DNA of 64,000 nt from Candidatus Gastranaerophilales bacterium. GTDB taxonomy: Bacteria; Cyanobacteriota; Vampirovibrionia; Gastranaerophilales; JAILCC01. A program made the translations under genes and the position numbers. Positions 50,154 to 61,200 of this stretch are shown here, piece by piece. Numbering within the stretch: position 1 is the stretch's first letter; every line of letters starts with the position of its first letter. The stretch covers positions 38,687 to 102,686 of the forward strand of contig JAZLLQ010000011.1 of assembly GCA_045598245.1 (NCBI GenBank), read 5' to 3'. The notes beneath the pieces were generated by a model. That model did not search any database, was not told where the DNA came from, and worked only from the letters and a program-made list of their open reading frames with translations.

Positions 50154-50333
50154 AAATAATTTGGAATTAAGAATAGCTGGAAGTATGAAAAAGATTACTT
50201 ATATCTAAACATTTTTAAAAATTTTATACAATTGCCGAGTTGTGTAATTAAACATGCATGTCTAAACCTGTTGATTTATGAAAAAACAATATTTTTATGT
50301 TAGTATTGTAATTGTAAGTTATTGAGGATTTTT

Positions 50334-51221
50334 ATGAATACAGCAATTGATTTAGGCGGAATTAAAGTCGGAGAAGGTTTACCTTGTTTTGTTATTGCAG
50401 AAATCGGCATTAACCACAACGGTTGCATTGAAACTGCAAAAAAACTAATTGATTTAGCGGTAGCAGCAGGTTGCAATGCGGTAAAATTTCAAAAAAGAAC
50501 AGTGGAAATTGTATACACCAAGGAAGAACTTGAAAAGCCAAGACCCAATCCGTTTGGCGAAACAAACGGTGATTTAAAAAGAGGATTGGAATTCGGATAC
50601 GAAGAATATGCAGAAATTGACAAATATTGCAAACAAAAGAAAATTATGTGGTTTGCTTCATGTTGGGATGAAGAGTCAGTAGATTTTATTGAACAATTTA
50701 ACCCACCTTGTTACAAAATATCATCAGCTTGCCTTACCGATGATAATTTGCTCAGATACACAAGAAGTAAAGGGAAACCTATTTTACTTTCGACAGGCAT
50801 GAGTACAATGGAAGAAATAGAACACGCAGTAAAAGTTTTAGGCAAAGAAGACTTGATTATTTATCATTGTACTTCAACATATCCTACCGATAATGAAGAA
50901 GTTAATTTGTCCGTGATAAATATTTTGAAAGAAAAATTTGATGTGCCGATAGGATTTTCAGGTCACGAAAGAGGCTTACTTTCAACAATTTTGGCTTACG
51001 CATTAGGTGCTTGTTCCGTTGAAAGACATATAACATTAGACCGAACCATGTGGGGTTCTGATCAGGCAGCAAGTATTGAACCTGTAGGATTGTATAAACT
51101 GATGAGAGATATAAGAAATGTTCCTAAATTCATAGGAACAGGCGAAAAGGTAGTATACGAAAGCGAAAAACCTATAATTCAAAAATTAAGGCGAGTTAAA
51201 AATGAGGTTTGCCTGAAATGA
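50334..51221 (+). CDS. NeuB-family nonulosonate synthase lacking the SAF domain
   Basis: IAEIGINHNG, VKFQKR, KISS, LSTGM, HCTSTYP, SGHE, ERHITL, GSDQ. Confidence 0.9.
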   Translation: MNTAIDLGGIKVGEGLPCFVIAEIGINHNGCIETAKKLIDLAVAAGCNAVKFQKRTVEIVYTKEELEKPRPNPFGETNGDLKRGLEFGYEEYAEIDKYCKQKKIMWFASCWDEESVDFIEQFNPPCYKISSACLTDDNLLRYTRSKGKPILLSTGMSTMEEIEHAVKVLGKEDLIIYHCTSTYPTDNEEVNLSVINILKEKFDVPIGFSGHERGLLSTILAYALGACSVERHITLDRTMWGSDQAASIEPVGLYKLMRDIRNVPKFIGTGEKVVYESEKPIIQKLRRVKNEVCLK

Positions 51222-51697
51222 TACAACTGCCCAAAGATATTGAATATATTATTACTGATTTTGACGGAATTATGACTGATAATTTTATTTATATTCCGAA
51301 CAATTCCGACAACTATATTATGAGATTGTGTTTCAGGGATATTATGGCAATATCAATGGCTAAGAAAAACGGATACAATGTTGGTATAATTTCAGGAGAA
51401 GGAAGTTCTGCAATAGACTACGTCAAAAATAAATTTAATTTAACCGAAGTTCATACTAACATAAGAAAAAAAACAGATGTTATGAATGACATTATAAGAA
51501 GACATAATCTTAATCCTGAAAAAATCGTATACATAGGCGATGATATTAACGATATTGATACTCTTAAATTCGTTGGTTATCCGATTACCGTTAACAATGC
51601 AGTGAGTTTAGTCAAAGATATACCAAATATCCAAATTACGGCTCACGATGGCGGAAACGGTGCGTTTCGAGAAATTATTGATGCATTGATATATTAA
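51218..51697 (+). CDS. KdsC-family HAD phosphatase (KDO8P/KDN9P phosphatase-like)
   Basis: DFDGIMTD, ISG, K, YIGDDIND, GGNGAFRE; ATGA overlap with the neuB-like gene. Confidence 0.88.
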   Translation: MIQLPKDIEYIITDFDGIMTDNFIYIPNNSDNYIMRLCFRDIMAISMAKKNGYNVGIISGEGSSAIDYVKNKFNLTEVHTNIRKKTDVMNDIIRRHNLNPEKIVYIGDDINDIDTLKFVGYPITVNNAVSLVKDIPNIQITAHDGGNGAFREIIDALIY

Positions 51698-52131
51698 CGA
51701 ATAGATTTTTTGTTTTTTATCTTATTAAATATTTCTTCAAAACTGTTAATTGGAATGAATTTATATCCGCAATCTTCGGAAATTTCTCCGCCCATCATAA
51801 AAATTTCTTCGACAGGATATTGTCTGCAAAGTAAAGGACGTTTATCATAAGCTGTACATTTTCCGGTTTCTTTATTTAATTTTGAACATTCAAAAACTAA
51901 TCCTGTATCATCCTTGCCGATAATTTTCAGATACGAATAAAAAAAATGTAGTGATTTAAGATATTCAAATTCCTCTTCTGTTTTTATTACATTTTTAGCA
52001 TGCCTGACATAAATTTGTTGACAACAACGACCGCAGCCTTTACATTTGCCGGTACGAATATAATGCCTGCCAAGAATTTTTGACAAATAAAATTTTTGGC
52101 ATTCAGAAAACAGTTTAGTCCAAAATTTCAT
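51694..52131 (-). CDS. YkgJ-family cysteine cluster protein
   Basis: CKGCGRCC, FECSKL..GKCTAYDKRPLLCRQYP. Confidence 0.85.
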   Translation of the reverse strand: MKFWTKLFSECQKFYLSKILGRHYIRTGKCKGCGRCCQQIYVRHAKNVIKTEEEFEYLKSLHFFYSYLKIIGKDDTGLVFECSKLNKETGKCTAYDKRPLLCRQYPVEEIFMMGGEISEDCGYKFIPINSFEEIFNKIKNKKSIR

Positions 52132-53434
52132 TTTTTGCTCTCATCATATTAGAAATAGAAGTGTCCATTGCAGTACGACATCTGCTCATCAAAGACTTAA
52201 TACTTTGTTCATAATAAGAATCTTCCCACAATGATTTTGCCAACTTGCATTTGTCCATAGCAAATTCATATTTACCTTTCTCAAATAAATCTTTTGCCAT
52301 TTCAAATGATAAATAGGATGCTTTATGGACAATATTAGAATTTTTCTTTAAATCATTTATCTTTGCTTGCAATTCTTTTTTTGTTGAAAGCAAAGAAAGA
52401 TTTTCATATCCCAAAAGTGCATCTTCTAATTTTTTTTCTTTTACCAATTTCTCACAATCTTCCAAATATTTTTTGGATATATCAGGATTTGCTATAATTT
52501 GATTACGTACATCAATTAAAGCAGTTTGAGCCAGTTGAATATCTGTTGCCGAACTTTGTGCGTGTTGTATAAATTTAGAATAAAAGGCATACGTATTGAT
52601 TAAGTCCCCTAATTTTTCGCAACAAACCGCCAAATTCAGATACAAATTAACATTCTTTTTATCTATTTTATAAGACTCCAGCCAATACATCTTTGCATAT
52701 TCAAATTTGCCCAATTTAAAGAATATATTACCAATATTACTATAGGTTTTTGCAAAATTCGGAAATATTTTGACAGAATCATAATAAGATTGAAGTGCTT
52801 TTCTTAAATATCCTTTTTTTTCAAAAAATATACCCAATTTCATGTGAGAAATCGCATTTAATTTATGCAACGCAACCTTTTTATCAATACTTTTATATGT
52901 ATTTGAGCTAACATTCAAATTCCCCTGAAGAAAAAACTCATAAAGCAAAAATGCATTTCTTTTATCATTCATTTTTTCATAGGTAATCGCCAGATTAACA
53001 GTAGACATTTCGTTTTGAGGATTCAAACAAAATGAATGAGTGTACTCGTCAGCAGCTTTTTCAAAATTTTCATTTGCTAAATAATAATTGCCAAGATTTA
53101 TATAAGAATTTATCAGATACTTATCTTTTTCTTTTGCCATCTCCCAATATTTAACGGCTTCTTCTGCATTAAGTAGTTCGTAGTAGCAATTTCCGCAATT
53201 AATCAGATTTTCAATTTGATCAGGAAACTTTTCATAAAGTTCTAAAAATGCTTTTGATGCATCTTCATAGTTTCTTTCATCGTAAAGATGCATAGCATTC
53301 ATGTATAACATTCTATAATCTTCCTCGATAGGAAGTTTCTTTTCATCATCACCCAAAATCAGTCCGGCATCAACACCTTTGCCGACTAATATCTTATTGG
53401 CTATATCTGTATTCTGTGTAAAATCTTCTGTCAT
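52115..53434 (-). CDS. Tetratricopeptide repeat protein
   Basis: Repeated NLG/NCG/NIG..A..Y helical pairs. Confidence 0.85.
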   Translation of the reverse strand: MTEDFTQNTDIANKILVGKGVDAGLILGDDEKKLPIEEDYRMLYMNAMHLYDERNYEDASKAFLELYEKFPDQIENLINCGNCYYELLNAEEAVKYWEMAKEKDKYLINSYINLGNYYLANENFEKAADEYTHSFCLNPQNEMSTVNLAITYEKMNDKRNAFLLYEFFLQGNLNVSSNTYKSIDKKVALHKLNAISHMKLGIFFEKKGYLRKALQSYYDSVKIFPNFAKTYSNIGNIFFKLGKFEYAKMYWLESYKIDKKNVNLYLNLAVCCEKLGDLINTYAFYSKFIQHAQSSATDIQLAQTALIDVRNQIIANPDISKKYLEDCEKLVKEKKLEDALLGYENLSLLSTKKELQAKINDLKKNSNIVHKASYLSFEMAKDLFEKGKYEFAMDKCKLAKSLWEDSYYEQSIKSLMSRCRTAMDTSISNMMRAKNEILD

Positions 53435-53462
53435 TTTTTCGCTAATTAACTATAAAATCTTT

Positions 53463-53807
53463 TTAATTGAAAAGTTCTCCCAATAATGATATATCAGAAA
53501 ACATACTCTCTGCTAATTCCTCTTCCGATATGTCTATAACTCCCTTTTCCATCAAATCTACGACCTTGTTTGTAGCTTCGCTCTCACTTATATCGTCTAA
53601 ATATCCGATATACTTGTTGATTTCCTGTTCTCTCTGATATAAATTAACAGCTTCTTCGGAAATATCCGTTTCATCGACAAGATTAGATTTGCTCTGACCG
53701 TAAGCATTTTTAATTGCAGCATTAGAAATGCCCTGAGTATTTTGTGTTTCCTGCAAAGCCGTTTGTGTCGCATTTAACAAGTTGTTTTCGTTAATTTTAT
53801 CTATCAC
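53463..53807 (-). CDS. flgM: FlgM-like anti-sigma28 factor
   Basis: Low-complexity N-terminus, DETDISEEA (DxVxIS-like), KVVDLMEKGVIDISEEELAESM (KV..L...G.Y.ID...IA..M-like); GTG start. Confidence 0.55.
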   Translation of the reverse strand: MIDKINENNLLNATQTALQETQNTQGISNAAIKNAYGQSKSNLVDETDISEEAVNLYQREQEINKYIGYLDDISESEATNKVVDLMEKGVIDISEEELAESMFSDISLLGELFN

Positions 53808-54047
53808 GATTTTATCCTACCCCTTATTACATGAACATTATGAGTCTTTTTTTGGGATTTGGTAATAATCAATAGGTTTATTTTAAATAGACCATTAGAT
53901 TTATTTTTTAATAAAAAATATTAATTAAACTCCTGTATATTAAATCACAAATCTTGCATTTTTTACTCATTTTATGAGGAAAAATTTTACAAAATATAAA
54001 AAATGATGTAAATTAGAGTAGTAATCAGAATTCAAAGGTGGAATATT

Positions 54048-54977
54048 ATGAGCGATAAAAACATTGTATTTATGGGCGGTCAATATTTAAATTACGAAGA
54101 TGCAAAATTACCGGTAAGAACTCATGCTTTTTTGTATGGAACATCAGTATTTGAGGGAATCAGAGCATATTGGAACGAAGAACATCAACAATTATATATT
54201 TTCAGGATGAAAGAACACTACGAAAGATTACATCGCAGTGCAAAAATCATGTGCATGGATCCTTTGTACAGTGTTCAGGAAATGTGTGATATCACAGTTG
54301 AATTACTGAAAAAAAACAGTCCTAAATGCGATACTTATATAAGACCGACATTATTTAAAATGGCAGAAAAAGTCGGACCTGATTTATTAAATAACCCTGA
54401 CTGCTTTTTGATTTTTACGACCCCGCTCGGTCAGTACTGTGATATTTCGAAAGGGTTAAGCGTTTGCGTTTCAAGCTGGAGAAGAGTTGAAGATAACGCA
54501 ATTCCTCCAAGAGCAAAAGTTTCAGGAGCTTATGCAAATGCCGCATTAATTGCAACTGATGCTCACAGAAACGGTTTTGACGATGCAATAGTATTATCGG
54601 AATCAGGTGCTGTAACAGAAGGTTCAGCTATGAATTTATACCTTGTTGAAAATGGCAAACTTGTTACAACACAAACTACGGATAACATTTTAGAGGGTGT
54701 TACAAGAAATACGGTTAAAGAATTTGCCCAAAATGTTTTAGGCATTGAAGTTATAGAAAAGGATATAGACAGAACCGAATTATACGTTGCCGATGAAGCA
54801 TTTTACTGTGGTACGGGTGCACAAGTCAGTCCGATTACAAAAATTGACAACAGACCTTTGGGTGACGGAAATGTAGGTGTCATCACAAAACGTGTTCAGG
54901 ATTATTATTTTAACTTAGTAAGAGGCAATGTAGACCAATACAAAGCTCAATGGTGCGTTCCGGTTTATGAAAAGTAA
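54048..54977 (+). CDS. ilvE: Branched-chain amino acid aminotransferase
   Basis: YGTSVFEGIRAY, YIRP, AKVSGAY, EGSAMN, ILEGVTR, DEAFYCGT. Confidence 0.94.
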   Translation: MSDKNIVFMGGQYLNYEDAKLPVRTHAFLYGTSVFEGIRAYWNEEHQQLYIFRMKEHYERLHRSAKIMCMDPLYSVQEMCDITVELLKKNSPKCDTYIRPTLFKMAEKVGPDLLNNPDCFLIFTTPLGQYCDISKGLSVCVSSWRRVEDNAIPPRAKVSGAYANAALIATDAHRNGFDDAIVLSESGAVTEGSAMNLYLVENGKLVTTQTTDNILEGVTRNTVKEFAQNVLGIEVIEKDIDRTELYVADEAFYCGTGAQVSPITKIDNRPLGDGNVGVITKRVQDYYFNLVRGNVDQYKAQWCVPVYEK

Positions 54978-55767
54978 AAACCCGATAGAATTAACAGGAT
55001 ATTTTTTAATCGATACGGGCAAATCTCTTTTGCCCGTTATTGAGTTTATCGGTGAATGTATAATGAATTTGTTGGGTGCTTTCAAGTACCTTTTGGCAGG
55101 CAAAGTCAGTTTAAAAAATACACTTCAGCAAGCAGCCGTCATCGGTTATGATTCTATTGGTATTTCACTTGTAATCATATTTATAACAGGTGCGGTTATT
55201 TCACTTCAAGTAGCCAGATATTTTTATATGTCAGGTGGTGAAGCCTATGTGGGTGGTTTGGTTTCACTTACTATTTTGAAAGAACTTGCGCCTGTATTTA
55301 CCGCAATGGTTATTTCGGCAAGAGCAGGTACTGCTATGGCATCTGAACTTGGTAACATGAAAATTACAGAACAAGTTGACGCAATGAAAACATTAAATGT
55401 TGATCCGGTAAAATACTTGGTACTTCCAAGGGTACTTGCATCAGGCATAGTTGTACCGATGGTTACACTTATGGCAATTGTAGTCGGACTTCTTGGCGGA
55501 ATGTTTATTGCTAAACTCAGTATCGGATTGCACCAATACAGATTTATGAACTCAGTATGGTTATATACGCATGCAAAAGATTTGTATGAATGTCTTTTGA
55601 AATCTTTTGTATTCGGTATAGCATTATCAACAGTCTGTGCAACGAGAGGTTTGCTGACAAAAGGCGGTGCAAAAGAAGTCGGAGTTGCCGTAACAAAATC
55701 AGCAATTTGGACAACAGTCGTAATTCTCGTATTAGATTATCTTATAACTTGGATGTTACAAAAATAA
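54967..55767 (+). CDS. mlaE: MlaE-family ABC permease
   Basis: ELAPV, RAGTAMASELGNMKITEQVDA, LVLPR, GGAKEVG. Confidence 0.9.
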   Translation: MKSKNPIELTGYFLIDTGKSLLPVIEFIGECIMNLLGAFKYLLAGKVSLKNTLQQAAVIGYDSIGISLVIIFITGAVISLQVARYFYMSGGEAYVGGLVSLTILKELAPVFTAMVISARAGTAMASELGNMKITEQVDAMKTLNVDPVKYLVLPRVLASGIVVPMVTLMAIVVGLLGGMFIAKLSIGLHQYRFMNSVWLYTHAKDLYECLLKSFVFGIALSTVCATRGLLTKGGAKEVGVAVTKSAIWTTVVILVLDYLITWMLQK

Positions 55768-55768
55768 A

Positions 55769-57091
55769 TTACATTACTTCTGAAAATTTTATGAGCTTTT
55801 CTATATTTCTGTTCCACGAACCTTCAAAATTTCTGATTATAATGTCTGCCGGGGTCATTCTGTCATCGAGTAACTCAAATACGGGGATAAGATATTTTTG
55901 TTCATTTTCCATTAATTCAATTAAGCCTTCATTTGCAATTTTAAAAATTTCTTCAAGCCAAAAACTCATAGCAAAACCTTTTACTCTGAAATCGATACCA
56001 AAACGAGGAGCATTTTGCCTCATAAATTCATAATCATAATAATCAAAATCTTTCAAAAGTTCCTTCACTTTTTCCATACCGTTTTTAGAATACATTATCC
56101 CCTTGTAAATGGCAGGAATTGCAAGAGCATACTCAAGTTTTTGACAGTCATGATTTCTTATTTCAATATAATTTTTTAATCTTACATCAGGGAAAAATAA
56201 ACTCAAGTGTGTTTTCCACTCAGACAAAAATACCATTTCTTTTTCTTTGAAAAAATCTCTGAATGTTTTATTTTCCAGAAATTTATCTCTGTTAAAAATC
56301 ATTGGTACATCAAGAAGAATTTGTGCGTATTCTTCAAATGAAAACTCCGGTTCGTATTTCAACAATTTTGAGGAAATCAATCCGCATCGTTTATTATCGG
56401 TATTCAGCCACGAGTTTGCTCTAAAAGATTTATAACCTGAAAGCCTCGAATTTCTAATCGGAGAATTTGCAAACATCGCAGTCATAAAAGGTGATAATTT
56501 TAATGCTGTAGACAATTTTAATATTGCATCTTCTTCACTCGAATAATCAATACTGACTTGTATGCCGGCGGTTTCCCTCATCATTGAATACGCTAAAGAA
56601 CCTTGATTTTGAAAATATTTTGTCATAAACCTGTATCTGTTTTTGGGAATAACCTTAATATTTTCATAAGTGCTGACTGGCTGGATACCCAAAGATAGAA
56701 ATGATAATCCCATTGATTTTGCAATCTCATGAGAATTTTTATTATAAGTTTCAATACGACTTTTTATATCATCAATTTTTTCAAGCGGAACCAGACTTAA
56801 TTCAGTTTGACATCCGGGTTCCAGTGTAATTGTACCTTTGTTAGAAATAAGTCCTAAAATCACGCTGTTTTCGTAGCTCGGAATATTGTGATGTTGTTTT
56901 TTATATTCAATCAAAAAGTCTAATATGCCGTTGTTAAAAAAGAACTCAGCTGCTTTAAAATTTCTGTTTTGCACAACAAGTTTTTCGTATTCAACACCAA
57001 GTGTTTTTATATTTTTACAACCTGCATTGAAATACTCGAAAAATCCTTTTTCACTGTCAATTACAAGTTTTTCTCTTATGAGGGTATTCAT
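55769..57091 (-). CDS. gshA: Glutamate-cysteine ligase (plant/alpha-proteobacterial GCS2 type)
   Basis: GVEYEK, TLEPGCQTELS, MMRETAGIQVSID, FANSP, W..TD..R, HLSLFFPDVRLK.YIEIR. Confidence 0.85.
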   Translation of the reverse strand: MNTLIREKLVIDSEKGFFEYFNAGCKNIKTLGVEYEKLVVQNRNFKAAEFFFNNGILDFLIEYKKQHHNIPSYENSVILGLISNKGTITLEPGCQTELSLVPLEKIDDIKSRIETYNKNSHEIAKSMGLSFLSLGIQPVSTYENIKVIPKNRYRFMTKYFQNQGSLAYSMMRETAGIQVSIDYSSEEDAILKLSTALKLSPFMTAMFANSPIRNSRLSGYKSFRANSWLNTDNKRCGLISSKLLKYEPEFSFEEYAQILLDVPMIFNRDKFLENKTFRDFFKEKEMVFLSEWKTHLSLFFPDVRLKNYIEIRNHDCQKLEYALAIPAIYKGIMYSKNGMEKVKELLKDFDYYDYEFMRQNAPRFGIDFRVKGFAMSFWLEEIFKIANEGLIELMENEQKYLIPVFELLDDRMTPADIIIRNFEGSWNRNIEKLIKFSEVM

Positions 57092-57184
57092 GAATTACTC
57101 CTTACAAAAATTCTAACACAAAATTAACAGTTTATTTCTGTTTATTTTAAAATTAATATAAAATGTAAAAGGAAAAATTATTCC

Positions 57185-58030
57185 ATGGACTATATTGCAA
57201 GAGCTAAAAAATTCAAAGCAAAAAAACAATTCGGACAAAATTTTCTAATAGACGAATGTGCTATTAATACGATTATTGATAACGCAAATATTCTGTCTGA
57301 TGAAACCGTGCTGGAAATAGGGCCGGGGTTAGGTTTTGTAACAGAACGACTCGCCGAAAAAGCAAAAAAAGTTTATGCGGTCGAAATCGATAAAGATGCA
57401 ATTGCAGAAATTAAAAAACTTCCTTTTGATAATATCGAAATAATTGAACAGGATATTTTAAAAACTGATATTTCAAAGTATGCAGTTGAAGGGAAAATCA
57501 AAATCATAGCAAATATTCCTTACTATATAACAAGTCCGATATTGGTGCATTTGCTTGGTGAAATTGATGATTTGCAAAACCAAAACCGACATTCTATTTC
57601 CAAAATATTTTTGATGGTTCAAAATGAAGTTGCAAAAAGAATTTGTGCTGACGCTAATTCTAAAAACAAAGAATACGGTTCTCTTTCAATACTTTGTAAT
57701 TTTTTTTCCGACACGGCATATATTAAAAAAGTTGGTGCAAGAAGTTTTTTCCCAGCACCAAAAGTTGATTCGGCAATTGTGAAAATAGTTCCGTCAGAAA
57801 ATGAAAAATTTAAAGTTAATAATCATAAAGTTTTAAGGCAAGTGGTTTCCGCTACATTTCAAGCAAGAAGAAAAACACTGAAAAATGCACTTCAAATAGG
57901 TGGCTTTAACAAAGATATAATTTCAAAAGTATTTACTGATTTGGGTTTTGATGATACAGTTCGCGGGGAAAAATTACCGATTGAAGCATTTTGTAAGATA
58001 GCCGATGAGATAAATAAAATTGAATTGTAG
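57185..58030 (+). CDS. rsmA: 16S rRNA m6(2)A methyltransferase KsgA
   Basis: KKQFGQNFL, EIGPGLG, ANIPYYIT, MVQNEVA, PAPKVDSA, RRKTL. Confidence 0.96.
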   Translation: MDYIARAKKFKAKKQFGQNFLIDECAINTIIDNANILSDETVLEIGPGLGFVTERLAEKAKKVYAVEIDKDAIAEIKKLPFDNIEIIEQDILKTDISKYAVEGKIKIIANIPYYITSPILVHLLGEIDDLQNQNRHSISKIFLMVQNEVAKRICADANSKNKEYGSLSILCNFFSDTAYIKKVGARSFFPAPKVDSAIVKIVPSENEKFKVNNHKVLRQVVSATFQARRKTLKNALQIGGFNKDIISKVFTDLGFDDTVRGEKLPIEAFCKIADEINKIEL

Positions 58031-58215
58031 AAATAAAAATAAATTTTTATTTGATACATATAGCAGTTGCGTAATGAAAATTTTTCATTAATAAACCGAG
58101 TAAAACAGGTATCAACAATCAGGGAAAAGAAAAATGTTGTCATTTTTTGATAACAAATTTTTATATTCAGATATTTAATAAAAATAGTGAATAATTTTTA
58201 TTTTAAATCCCTAAA

Positions 58216-61200
58216 ATGCTTATTAATTCTGTAAATAACTCAAATATAAAAAATGATTTCCAAATGCGGCAATTGCAAAAAACGCATGCGCAATTTTCGA
58301 TGCATAAGTCTTTGTCCGATATTATGTATCAAAAAGACAGTGTAAATTTTAATCATTCATTAAATAATATTTCTTTTGGCGGAATTTTAGGCGGAATAAA
58401 AAATTTATTTTCCGGTAAAAAAGACAAAGACGGTATTGCTATTCTTCCGCCAATAACAGAAAGAAAAGCAGAAAAACAAAAACAAAGACAGGTTAAAAAT
58501 AATGTAAAAGAATTAAAAAAGTTAATAAGCAATTCTCATTGCACACAAGAATTAGCTGAGCAAATATGGGATAATGTAACCGAAGATAATGTTGAATTAG
58601 CTGTATTATTATTTAAAAAGTACGGTTATTGGAATTCATCCTATTTACCGGATGTTCTAAAAAACGCAAATGCAGTTAACCTGAATTTGGCTAAAAAATT
58701 ATCAAACGATGCGGATTTGTATGATATTAGCCGTTTTTTATTCAGAGCAACAGAAAAAACGACAAAATACCTTGAATACGTATATGACAATAAGCCGCAT
58801 TTAAGAAAATATTTCCATGATATATCATGGTGTTTTAGCGAAAATCAGGATGACAGAGATTTTAATTTTGAGTTTGTTAAAAAGGTTATTGATTTTTCCG
58901 AAAAAATAATCAACAAAAAAGCTGCCCCTGAGATATCTATAAAAATATGGGGCGAAGAAATGCCGGTACAACGTAAAAAACCTGATTTAACCATTATAGG
59001 AAACGTATCCCCTTCTAATATAGATTTTGCAAAAGAGCTTTGGAAAGTCGGAGATTATGCTGACGGAGTGATATTAAATATTATTGCATTAACGGACAGA
59101 AGTAATTTGGATGAAGCCAAAACCATTTTGGAAAGAATAAAAAAAGGTGAAATTGAAGAAAGAATGCTCATGCCATTTCTCAAGAAAACCATTGATTATA
59201 AAAATTACAAAATGCTTCAGCACAGAATTGGCAGAAATAATGTAAAAAAATTGCAAAGCGAAGATTTGGCAATCGCCTGCAAGATACCTATGCTTGCAGG
59301 CATAAAAAATATAAATGAAGTACGATTAGCAGACAAAAGAAAACTTCTTAAAAATCTTATGCAGTCAGTTCACGGGAAATACAGAATAAGCAGTGAATTA
59401 AAACAGTACTTTCCTCTTGCCCCGACAAATACAAGAGAGTATTGTAAAATTTTACCGTCAATTATATCTTCTCTCGGTATTCAAACAAGAAAATTATTTC
59501 CTAATGAAATTAATGAATTTAATCAAACAATAAATGAATTAGGACAAATATTGGCAAGTCTGCCTGTAGAGGAATTTGCAAATCTTAGAATTACTCAGGA
59601 TTTTTCAAAAGAAGATTTTATAAGGGAAGTTCTTTCAAGAATTAGCATATTACCTAATTCAGAACGTCAAAAAATCTATGATTATTTCGGTTTTGAGATA
59701 CATCATGACAAAAATACAAAGTCAGGATATTCTATCATCGGCTATCCTCTTAACAGTAAAAATGAAGAGAAGCTCTCTCTTATCAAAAATGAGGATACAA
59801 GATGCATTTTGGAAGAAGTAAGACCGCTTGTTGTTAGATTTTCAGAAAATAATCATATAAATGTAAATAACCCGCAAGTAGAAGTTTTATTAAATAAAAT
59901 CATTGAAGTTTTACCCGAATTACGTACCACTATAGGCAGAATACAGCACGGAACGCACGAATTTGATGTTATGCAGCATTCTTTAAAGGTTATGCAAAAA
60001 ATATCACAATCAGCTGAATTTGATACTTTAAACGAAAGTGATAAAAAAATAATCCTTCTTTCCTCGTTGCTTCATGACATTACCAAAACAGAAGCTGCAA
60101 AAGATAAAGAGCATGCTGAAAACAGCAGTTTTGATGCATTTTATATATCCAAGAAATTTAATCTTTCAAAAGAAGAAGAAATGAAATTATACAAACTTAT
60201 AAAACACCATGAATGGCTTGGATATGCGAATACTGCTTCATCCAAGAAACATCTGGAAAAACGCTTGCAGTCAATTGCTTTTGATTTACAACAGGATAAT
60301 TTATTCTATATGTCACTTCTATTCACTCATGCAGACTTACTTGCAGTAAAAGCAGACGAAAGTTTTCATGAAGATACAAGCGGAGATTACCGTATTTGTC
60401 CTGATAAAATAAGACGAAGTTATGGGTTAGCTGCTGATTTTTATGGTTATAAAATTGACGAATATATAGATAAATTAAAAGCCACACAACCAATTTTACC
60501 TGTAACAAAATTCCCAACTGCTGATGCCATAAGAGCAAAAATTACGGAAATACACCCTGACAATAGTACAAATATCAAAGGTGTTTACATAAACAATGAA
60601 GGATTAGTTGTCATTAAATATAATGAAGTGGAAAATTGGGAAGATTTAGGTTTTCCGAAAGGCAGTATTTCAAAAGGAATATCCGCAGTCGGTAAAGTTG
60701 CTCATCATCACAGAACAAAAGATGTTGACACAGGGAACATAAAATTCTTTGTTCACGGCTTAGATTATGAAAATCAACTTGCAAAATTTGATGCCTTTTC
60801 TTTGATTGATTCTGATGCATTATTATCTGTCAGTTATGCCGAGCGACCGGAATCTAAATTCAGATTTTTCAGACCACAAGGTGTTATACTCGATGTTGAT
60901 ACAAATTGCGTATATGGCGGTGGAAGTACGGATAGCGGTTCAGGTTATGCGAAATCAATTTCTACGTTTAAACACCATTATATTTTTGATGGTGAAAGAA
61001 AAGATGACAGAAAATACATTTCGAATTTAATCAAAGAAGCAACAAATATGACAGATAGCGAATACACAATATTCGTCAAAAAGAATAAAAACAAATCCAT
61101 GCTTGAAATAGAACCAAAAGAAATACAGGAAAAACTTATAAAAGCATTCTCTGAAATGAATTCAAGAATAAGACTTTTTGACAGGCAATATAACGAAATG

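Noticed and set aside
53935-53950. CRP-like site TGTAT-N6-TCACA between the flgM-like gene and ilvE
   Set aside because: Single imperfect match in very AT-rich DNA; not enough support
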